Shown piece after piece: positions 34,757 through 41,498 of a DNA stretch of 41,498 nt. Origin of the DNA: a virus (lineage: Duplodnaviria > Caudoviricetes). The DNA is taken from positions 1 to 41,498 of the IMG/VR virus record IMGVR_UViG_3300037483_000113. One strand, 5' to 3'. The position numbers and the translations under genes were made by a program. The notes beneath the pieces were generated by a model. It was not told where the DNA came from. It did not search any database and saw nothing but the letters and a program-made list of their open reading frames with translations. Position 1 is the first letter of the stretch, and every line of letters starts with the position of its first letter.

Positions 34757-35598
34757 GCATACCGAAGAGGCCGTGGAGCGTGTTCCACCGAAGCGGCGTG
34801 CGGGGGGAGGAAGTGCCGCAACCTCCGTTTGTGGAGGATGCGACCATGCTGCATGTGGATGCGTTCGCGTATCGCCACGATGGCACATTTACTCCCGATA
34901 TGCGCGAGAACGCCATGCTGCTGGCCGGAGACGCATGGGTCGCGGGTTTCCGCGCCGCCCTCACCCGTGAGCCCCCGGATGGTGGGGGCGAGCCGGAGCC
35001 GCAGTGGCGGTGCTTCCATTGTGATAAAGTGTTCACGGAGCGTGCTGACCGGTTGCGCAACGCGGAGTTTCGCGCCGACCATGCGGTAGGACTCCTGGAC
35101 GCAGCAGGAATATCCTTCGATAGCAAGCCTGTTGCGCGCGCCGAAACCGGACCCGTGCGGGTCGGTGACGATTGGGCGGGCATCTACCTCCGTGGTGATG
35201 ACGCGCTGGCGCTGGCGATGGCAGTCGAGTGTGCCCGAGACGCCCTACCGCTGAGTGAAGGCGTCAACCTCACGGGCTGGCCAGACATCCTTCGCGGTTG
35301 CCACGAGCCGTGCGAAGTCGTCCCCCTCTACGCCTCGCCCCCCGTGGCCCAGGAGCCGGACGATTGGGAGATCCGCCGCAACGCGGACGGGTCGGTAGAC
35401 GGGATCGTGGGGACCGGCCACTTCCACCTAGAGCAGATGGACAGCGACGTGTGGTGGTGCGGCCTCACTCGCAACGGCGAACGCCTGACGTGGGTCATTT
35501 GCGGCACGATGCTGTGGCTGGACGACGTGCCCGCGCTACTCCGCGCGAAGGCTGTACTGGAGGGATTCACCGAGCCCACGGGAGGGGACAATGGCTGA
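34753..35598 (+). CDS. Hypothetical mosaic early protein
   Basis: GTG start; segments WRCFHC, RAETGP...GDDWAGIYLRGD.A, VPLYASPP, HLEQMD. Confidence 0.7.
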   Translation: MSIPKRPWSVFHRSGVRGEEVPQPPFVEDATMLHVDAFAYRHDGTFTPDMRENAMLLAGDAWVAGFRAALTREPPDGGGEPEPQWRCFHCDKVFTERADRLRNAEFRADHAVGLLDAAGISFDSKPVARAETGPVRVGDDWAGIYLRGDDALALAMAVECARDALPLSEGVNLTGWPDILRGCHEPCEVVPLYASPPVAQEPDDWEIRRNADGSVDGIVGTGHFHLEQMDSDVWWCGLTRNGERLTWVICGTMLWLDDVPALLRAKAVLEGFTEPTGGDNG

Positions 35599-36112
35599 GA
35601 CGTTCACGATCCGGCGGCTGTTCGCCATCGCAGCCACGGCCAAACTCAAGAGGGTCGTGGAGGCGAAGCGGAAGGACCTCTCCAACATCGCGCCGGGAGG
35701 AATGGTTGCCGCTGCCGCCTGGAATCTCGCCCTGGACGCCGTGCTACGGGCATGGGAGGAAGACGGACAGGACTTCTTGCGTCCATTCCCGCTCGTCAAG
35801 CAGGGACTTGATGAGCTGTCCTGGTGTGCGCAGATCCCCCATTTCTTTGTTCATGGATATAGATTATGCACATCTTCGAAGAATGGCAATCCCCTTCAGC
35901 AAGAAGGCGGAGAACCACGCGCACGCCGTGTCGCTCGCCTTCATGGCCTACAACTTTTGCACGTGGCTGACGGTTGCGCCGGCCCGGTCCTCGGTCGTAG
36001 AATGACACCCGGGAGCGGCGGGCGCGATCTGGCCAGGTCGGGCCTCCTCTTCATCGGACGGTTAGGGCGGTGCCTCTATCACCCCCTCCCCGCCTGCTTC
36101 CCTTTCTCATGA
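35591..36112 (+). CDS. Hypothetical protein; the 3' half is probably read-through across the dif-like/IS remnant
   Basis: GGAGG RBS and a protein-like first ~70 aa; composition changes after about 35820. Confidence 0.45.
   Translation: MAETFTIRRLFAIAATAKLKRVVEAKRKDLSNIAPGGMVAAAAWNLALDAVLRAWEEDGQDFLRPFPLVKQGLDELSWCAQIPHFFVHGYRLCTSSKNGNPLQQEGGEPRARRVARLHGLQLLHVADGCAGPVLGRRMTPGSGGRDLARSGLLFIGRLGRCLYHPLPACFPFS
35847..35874 (-). other. dif-like Xer recombination site (candidate attP)
   Basis: Minus strand GATGTGCATAA-TCTATA-TCCATGAACAA versus E. coli dif GGTGCGCATAA-TGTATA-TTATGTTAAAT: 9/11, 5/6 and 3/11 matches. Confidence 0.55.
35895..35960 (+). mobile_element. Short remnant of an IS1-family transposase C-terminus
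   Basis: Translates to FSKKAENHAHAVSLAFMAYNFC, matching the FSKK.ENH..A......YNF motif. Confidence 0.7.
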
Positions 36113-36129
36113 CCCATAGAGGGGGTACT

Positions 36130-36330
36130 ATGACCGACCGCAGGACAGCCCACCCAGGCGATCTCCGCCACATCTCCGACGTTATCACAGACCTTGCCGA
36201 AGACGGCTCACCCGTCCACGAGGACGCCAAGGCCGCTATCCGTGAGGGTACTGAGCCCCACCGCCTTTGCCCGTGCCCTGAATGCATGAGGGCGTACCTG
36301 GCTGCGGCAGACAGGGGGGACGTGGCGTGA
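36130..36330 (+). CDS. Small hypothetical protein with a CxCxxC motif
   Basis: GAGG RBS; HRLCPCPEC; GTGA coupling to the initiator gene. Confidence 0.7.
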   Translation: MTDRRTAHPGDLRHISDVITDLAEDGSPVHEDAKAAIREGTEPHRLCPCPECMRAYLAAADRGDVA

Positions 36331-37043
36331 GCGTCTCAAGGCGATGGTTACGGCTGGATGTGAGTTGGTCGCAATCCGAATGGCTCGCCACCGTGGAGCC
36401 GCTCGCCCGGCTCGCGTGGGTTGAGCTTCTGTGCTACGTGAAGGTTCACGGCACCAGGGGCACGTCCAAGGCCATCAGCCCGGTCGTAGCGTCGAGGATG
36501 TGGGGAGTGGGCGAGGCCTCGGTAAGGGCCATGCTGGAGGCCGCAGAAAGGCACGGCGCGCTGGACTGCCAAGAGGGTTGGACTGTCACGAAATGGGGCG
36601 AGTACCAAAATCCAGACGCGACCACAACAGAGCGCTCAAGGCGCTATCGTGAATCCAAGTCACGACTTAGCCCGTCACGCCGTGACGCCGTGACAGACCG
36701 TGACGTCACGCGTGACGGAGGCGTGACCCGTCGCGTGACAGTGACAGGGACAATAAAGAAGAACCCTTCGGGTTCCAAGAAAGCGACATCGTTGCCATCG
36801 GAATGGGCTCCTACGCCAGAACACGCCAAGCGAGCTTCCGAACTGCGGCTCAACCTCACTCGCGAGGTGGAAGCCTTCCGTGCCCACGCTGAGACGCACG
36901 ACCGCAGGGCCGTTTCGTGGAACGGTGCGTTCGCAACGTGGCTGCTCAAGTCGCAGTCGCTTACCCCGAACGGCAACGGGTACCACCCGCCCGCGGTAGT
37001 GGCTAGGCCAGCCAAGGGGGGCGGCCTGTATGTCGGGGGTTGA
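36327..37043 (+). CDS. Replication initiator (O-like; DnaT-like C-terminus)
   Basis: WLRLD N-terminus, VTKWGEYQ..D.T..ERSRRYRE, LPSEWAP...F..H....W...F.TW; internal iterons; precedes the helicase. Confidence 0.85.
   Translation: MSVSRRWLRLDVSWSQSEWLATVEPLARLAWVELLCYVKVHGTRGTSKAISPVVASRMWGVGEASVRAMLEAAERHGALDCQEGWTVTKWGEYQNPDATTTERSRRYRESKSRLSPSRRDAVTDRDVTRDGGVTRRVTVTGTIKKNPSGSKKATSLPSEWAPTPEHAKRASELRLNLTREVEAFRAHAETHDRRAVSWNGAFATWLLKSQSLTPNGNGYHPPAVVARPAKGGGLYVGG
36659..36763. repeat. Putative replication origin: CGTGAC iteron cluster plus an A-rich tract
   Basis: 6 CGTGAC, 3 GTCACG and 1 GTGAC within about 90 bp, then CAATAAAGAAGAA. Confidence 0.75.
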
Positions 37044-37986
37044 TCTCGGGCACGAGTCGGAAGTGTGGGCCGACGCTCTCCACCCCGGAAGCGTGAAGGA
37101 CTACGCGGCCAGCCTCATCCAGCGGGCGCTGCGGGCCGTGCTATTTCGGACCAACCTCGCCGCATGGGACGATGCCTGCGACGACACCGGCGGCGGGCTG
37201 GACGACTACTGGTACGTGGTGATCGGCGGGGCGTCGAACGTGGGCAAGACCCAGCTCATGATCTCGCTGGCCCGGTCCGGCCTGCTCCAGAAGTTTGCCG
37301 TGGTGATCGTGACCATGGAGGAGCCCATTGACCAGATCCAGCGCCGAATCTACGCCAGCATCTCAGAGCTTGGCTACTACGACTTCACGTACCGCAACTT
37401 CAATGACGCCAAGGCGGGCAAGCTCATCGAGACGGTGCCCTACCTTGGGAAGCTGGCCGTCAACTACGAGATGCCAGCCTATGACCTGAACAGCATCGTG
37501 GGCTATCTGGACGAAGCCCGGGACATGCTGGTCGGGCGCCCCATGGTGGTGGTCTTGGACAACCTCCAACTCGTGAAAGTGGAACGCGGATCTAGCATCG
37601 CGGAAGCCGCAACCGAGGTATCCGAGGGCCTTCGGATATGGGCCAAACGCAACCGGACCCTCACGTTCGCGCTGTCTCAGGTCACGTCGGAAGTGCTGCG
37701 GTCGAGCCGTCCGGTCAGGGCACACGACCTGTGGGGCGGGAATGCGATGTACTCCAACCCCTCGCAGGTGCTGATCCTGGACCACCTGGCGAAGACGGTG
37801 GACGAGCGTCACCCGCACATCGTCCGGCTGTGGGGCCTACTGGACAAGAACCGCTACGGCCCGCGCATGATCGCCATGCCCATCGAGGCCAACCTGAAGA
37901 CCGGAGAGTGGCGATGTGCCGAACCAGACGAACATCACCTGTGGAAGCCAAACCCGTGGACCGAGCCCAACGGAGGCAGACGATGA
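37030..37986 (+). CDS. DnaB-like SF4 helicase (ATPase domain)
   Basis: Walker A GASNVGKT, TMEE, VVLDNLQL, ALSQ, KNRYGP. Confidence 0.92.
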   Translation: MSGVDLGHESEVWADALHPGSVKDYAASLIQRALRAVLFRTNLAAWDDACDDTGGGLDDYWYVVIGGASNVGKTQLMISLARSGLLQKFAVVIVTMEEPIDQIQRRIYASISELGYYDFTYRNFNDAKAGKLIETVPYLGKLAVNYEMPAYDLNSIVGYLDEARDMLVGRPMVVVLDNLQLVKVERGSSIAEAATEVSEGLRIWAKRNRTLTFALSQVTSEVLRSSRPVRAHDLWGGNAMYSNPSQVLILDHLAKTVDERHPHIVRLWGLLDKNRYGPRMIAMPIEANLKTGEWRCAEPDEHHLWKPNPWTEPNGGRR

Positions 37987-38049
37987 GCCGTGCCCGCTGT
38001 GGAACCGGCGGTTGAGGGATCGGGGGGGTGGGGTAGGTCCGACCCGCGC

Positions 38050-38079
38050 TTGACCCCTACGCCAAGGCGCTTGTATTTT
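38050..38079 (+). promoter_or_regulatory. Putative promoter of the fibre/HNH/terminase late operon
   Basis: TTGACC, 18-bp spacer, TATTTT; flanks shared with the 5222 promoter. Confidence 0.55.
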
Positions 38080-38116
38080 CGCTCAAGTTCCTGTCCCCGC
38101 TACCCGTAGGGGTTCG

Positions 38117-38458
38117 ATGCCGGCTGGCAACTACGACCTCGTGATCCAGCAGGGCCAGCCATTCGTGCGAACCTTTGCCTTCACCCTGTCGTCCACGGGC
38201 GCCGTCCGGACGGGACTCACGCTGGCCGAGGGTAGGATCAAGCCGAGCGCGGAAAGCTCCGCGACCCTGCTGTCCTTGACCGCCTACCTGACCGTGGACG
38301 GTGACGCGGCCACCGCGACACTCAACGTCACGCGGGCCATCGTGGACGCCCTGACGTTCGTGAAACCGGTGACCTGGGACCTGTTCTGCACCTTCGACGG
38401 CGTCCGCGAGAAGATGTGCCAGGGCTCCGTGCGGCTCGTCCCGAACGTGACCCCGTAG
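38117..38458 (+). CDS. Fibre-associated adaptor protein (BppU N-terminal-like)
   Basis: YDLVIQQGQPF...WDL...GSVRLVPNVT. Confidence 0.75.
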   Translation: MPAGNYDLVIQQGQPFVRTFAFTLSSTGAVRTGLTLAEGRIKPSAESSATLLSLTAYLTVDGDAATATLNVTRAIVDALTFVKPVTWDLFCTFDGVREKMCQGSVRLVPNVTP

Positions 38459-38467
38459 GAGACGCCC

Positions 38468-40579
38468 ATGTCGAACACGACCGTCACGGTCTCCGAAACC
38501 GACGTCACCGAAGTCACGATCTCCACCGTCGCCCCGTCCGCCACCTCCATCCGGAACGTGGCGATCTCCGCGGTCGCACCGAGCGCCGGGCAGGCGCTGA
38601 TTACCACGAGCGCCACGGCGGCCGCCTGGGCCGACATCGCCACCCAGGCCGAACTCGAAGCGTGGGTTGGCTCCACCAACATCACAACGCTCGGCACCAT
38701 CAGCACGGGCACGTGGAGCGCCACCACCATCGCCACCACGAAGGGCGGGACGGGCCTGACGAGCTACGTCCTCGGGGACGTGCTCTACGCCTCGGCCGCC
38801 AACGTCCTGAGTGCCTTGGCCGGGCAGACCACCACCACGCGCAAATTCCTGCGGCAGACGGGCGACGGTGCGCTCTCCGCCGCCCCGGCATGGGACACGC
38901 TCACCGCCGCAGACATCTCGGGCGGCACGTTCAACGCGGGCACGTATAGCCTCGCGGGTTCGACGCTCACGCTGGCTGATACGCTGGCTGGTGCTCCCAC
39001 GTGGTCCAGCACACAGAGCCTCGACACTTCGGGCAACGCAGCGACCGCTACCCTGGCCGCCACCGTCACGGTGGTGGACTCCACGTCCGCCACCTGCTCG
39101 GTCGCCCTGTTCGACGCCGCCACGGGCTCCCTGGCCGCGAAGACGGACGCGGGCCTGACCTACGCCGCGACCACGGGTATCCTGACGGCCACCGGCTTCT
39201 CCGGCCCGTTGACGGGCGACGTTACGGGCAACGTGACCGGGTCCTCGGGCTCCACGACCGGCAACGCCGCCACCGCGACCGCCCTTGCGACCGCCCGCGC
39301 CATCAACGGCGTGGACTTCGACGGCACGGCGGCGATCACCGTGACGGCTGCGGCGGGTACCCTGACCGGCACCACGCTTGCCGCCACCGTGGTCACGTCC
39401 AGCCTGACCAGTGTGGGCACGCTGGCGTCCGGGGCCGTCCCTGCGTCCTTGGTCACCGCCGGCTCGTTCGGCTCGGGCGACTACACGTTGACCGGCAAGC
39501 TCACGTTCGCGGGCACGCCGACGCTCACGGACGCGTCGGTTGGCTTTGTGGCGGCCAACGGCCTGACCATCCGCGGCATTGCGGGCACTACGTACCAACT
39601 CGCCCTGGTGAGCAAGAGCAACTCGGCGGTGGTGATCGGGATCGCCGACTCGAGCCTCGAAGTCACGATCACGCAGGACACCACGATCAGCGGGCGGCTG
39701 TACGTACAGAGCACGGGGTTCGCCTCGATCATCGACCGGAACCTCCAGATCGGGAATGGCGCGCTGACCTCCGGGGCCGGACGCCTGATCGTGGACGGCA
39801 ATACCACCGCGTCCACGGGCCTCGCTCAGCAGGGGTACATCTCGGGAGCCCTGATCGCTGCGGCGAACTCTGACAGTCTGTACGGCTTGAACGTCGCCCC
39901 CGCGTTCACCCCGGGCGCGTTCACCGGCGTGACGCAGTACGGGGTCAAGATCGGCGACGTTGCGGGTGGCGCGACGAACTACGCGCTGCACACGGGCACG
40001 GGCTCCGTACTGTTCGGCGGGCTGGTCACGGGCTCGGCCGGCTTCTCCGGCGCGCTCAACGGCACCGTGGGCGCCACTACCCCGGCTGCGGGGGCGTTCA
40101 CGACGCTCACGGCCGGGGATGTTGTTTCCGCGGCCAAGTCCGCAGACGCGCTCACGACCCTGTTTTCGTTCCGCAACGCCAGCGCGGGAACGGCTGCGGG
40201 GACGCGATTCCGAATTGGCAACGCCGTCAACGAGGTCGGGTTTTTTATCGACGTTTACGGGTCCTCCCACGCGACCCTCGCCTATCGCGTCAACATCATC
40301 AACAACTACGCGGCCACGCTCGCGCTCGGAACCAACGGCACGTCGCGGTGGGTGATCACTTCGGTCGGCCATCTCCTGACCGCCGCGGACAACACCTACG
40401 ACATCGGGGCTAGCGGAGCGACCCGCCCCCGGGATCTGTACCTGGGACGGAACGCAATCATCACCGGCACGCTCTCCTGCGCCGCCCTCACCACGAACGG
40501 CGGCCTCCAGACCTTCGGGGGCAATGACGGCGCTGCGTGCCCGGCAGGCTTCCGCTACGTGCTCGTACCCAACGCATGA
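38468..40579 (+). CDS. Long fibre protein (tail or head fibre)
   Basis: Thr/Ala/Gly-rich; GNAATATALATARAINGVDFDGTAAIT, GDVTGNVTG, DNTYDIGASG..RPR fibre motifs; AGGAG RBS. Confidence 0.88.
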   Translation: MSNTTVTVSETDVTEVTISTVAPSATSIRNVAISAVAPSAGQALITTSATAAAWADIATQAELEAWVGSTNITTLGTISTGTWSATTIATTKGGTGLTSYVLGDVLYASAANVLSALAGQTTTTRKFLRQTGDGALSAAPAWDTLTAADISGGTFNAGTYSLAGSTLTLADTLAGAPTWSSTQSLDTSGNAATATLAATVTVVDSTSATCSVALFDAATGSLAAKTDAGLTYAATTGILTATGFSGPLTGDVTGNVTGSSGSTTGNAATATALATARAINGVDFDGTAAITVTAAAGTLTGTTLAATVVTSSLTSVGTLASGAVPASLVTAGSFGSGDYTLTGKLTFAGTPTLTDASVGFVAANGLTIRGIAGTTYQLALVSKSNSAVVIGIADSSLEVTITQDTTISGRLYVQSTGFASIIDRNLQIGNGALTSGAGRLIVDGNTTASTGLAQQGYISGALIAAANSDSLYGLNVAPAFTPGAFTGVTQYGVKIGDVAGGATNYALHTGTGSVLFGGLVTGSAGFSGALNGTVGATTPAAGAFTTLTAGDVVSAAKSADALTTLFSFRNASAGTAAGTRFRIGNAVNEVGFFIDVYGSSHATLAYRVNIINNYAATLALGTNGTSRWVITSVGHLLTAADNTYDIGASGATRPRDLYLGRNAIITGTLSCAALTTNGGLQTFGGNDGAACPAGFRYVLVPNA

Positions 40580-40622
40580 GCCTCACCCGCACCCTCAACC
40601 GCCAACTCAGGAGACGTACCGC

Positions 40623-41045
40623 ATGAAGCTGACGAACGCCCAGATGCAGCAAGCTATCGAGTCCCTGGGGATCCTCTGCAACGACCCCAACCGACTGCCC
40701 ACGCTCGCCGCCTCACGCGCGGGTCGGGCACTTGGTGCGTTACAGGCGGTCTACGCCCCCGCCGACAAGGTCCGGACGCAGATCATCCACGACCACGGCG
40801 AGGACATGGGCGACAACGGCAAGCGGCTTCTGCCCGGTGGCCCCGGGTGGGACGAGTTCGTCACGCTTATGGCCGAAGAGCACGAGGTCAACGTGGACCC
40901 CATCCGCGCCACCGACGTGGAGGCGGGCTGGACCCGCACCCCCGAGGGCAAGAGGGAGCCGGGCCTGGACATCAGCCCCGCGCACCTGGCGGTCCTGGAG
41001 GAGCTGGGTGTGATAGTGCGCGAGACGGACGAGAAGGCGGCATAG
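40623..41045 (+). CDS. Hypothetical protein, possible fibre chaperone
   Basis: AGGAG RBS, MKLTN start, follows the fibre gene. Confidence 0.72.
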   Translation: MKLTNAQMQQAIESLGILCNDPNRLPTLAASRAGRALGALQAVYAPADKVRTQIIHDHGEDMGDNGKRLLPGGPGWDEFVTLMAEEHEVNVDPIRATDVEAGWTRTPEGKREPGLDISPAHLAVLEELGVIVRETDEKAA

Positions 41046-41410
41046 TGCCTGTGCGACCCGCCAAGCCATGCGCCCATGCAGGGTGCCATGCCCTGGTCAG
41101 GGGCGCCACCTACTGCGGTACGCACGCCCAAGAGGCAGCCACCCGCCTCGCTCGCTCTGACCGCAAGCGCAGGGGGACAGCAAGGCAACGAGGCTACGAT
41201 ACACTGTGGCAGAAGGTCAGGGACCAGCACCTACTCACCCAGCCGCTCTGCGTGTCCTGCAAGGCCGACGGGTTGACGGTGGTGGCTCAGGACGTGGACC
41301 ACATCGTCCCCTTCAAGGGCGTGGACGATCCGCTTCGCCTCGACTCGGGCAACCTCCAGTCGCTCTGCCGTGTTCACCACGGGCGCAAGACGGCGAAGGA
41401 ACGCGCATGA
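41045..41410 (+). CDS. HNH endonuclease, terminase-associated (HK97 gp74-like)
   Basis: KPCAHAGC, RGYD..W, PLCVSC, VDHIVP, NLQSLC..HH..KT. Confidence 0.95.
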   Translation: MPVRPAKPCAHAGCHALVRGATYCGTHAQEAATRLARSDRKRRGTARQRGYDTLWQKVRDQHLLTQPLCVSCKADGLTVVAQDVDHIVPFKGVDDPLRLDSGNLQSLCRVHHGRKTAKERA

Positions 41411-41477
41411 ATATGCAAATGGGGTGCATGGAGATGCGGCAACCGGACAAGGTGGCCGGTAGGGGGGTCTCGATCTC

Positions 41478-41498
41478 TGGGCCGAAAACCCGCAGGAC
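41478..41498. repeat. 21-bp terminal direct repeat, right copy
   Basis: Identical to bases 1-21. Confidence 0.97.

Noticed and set aside
38057-40372. 771-aa minus-strand ORF and other long antisense ORFs (for example 5228-6877, 6691-7989)
   Set aside because: Shadow ORFs produced by high-GC codon bias on the coding strand; no motifs

Overview
The window is an apparently complete, GC-rich (about two-thirds GC by eye) genome of a tailed dsDNA phage of siphovirus type. It is circular in the assembly, because bases 1-21 equal 41478-41498, and it is opened in the probable cos region between the HNH and small terminase genes. Gene order: terminases, portal, S49 prohead protease, HK97-fold capsid, head-tail and tail genes (with a -1 frameshift chaperone), a membrane-protein-rich lysis region with an amidase endolysin, a short leftward operon, and an early/recombination region (HTH, Gp157, ERF, HNH-like, clamp-like, VRR-NUC). 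Next come a Pol-beta/RlaP-type nucleotidyltransferase, a replication initiator with iterons, a DnaB-like helicase, a detached fibre operon and the HNH gene. I see no integrase, clear CI repressor, tRNA, reverse transcriptase or CRISPR array. Strongest candidates for new biology: (1) a densely base-paired non-coding stretch of about 580-870 nt (from 32483) with a cloverleaf and long pseudoknot-type pairings, just upstream of the nucleotidyltransferase; (2) a small protein ending in NFSWPCPPACPE plus a polytopic membrane protein at the head of the lysis cassette, possibly a peptide-signal module; (3) a dif-like XerC site next to an IS1 remnant in this integrase-less phage; (4) an attenuator-like capsid leader. 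All family calls come from motif recognition by eye, not database searches.
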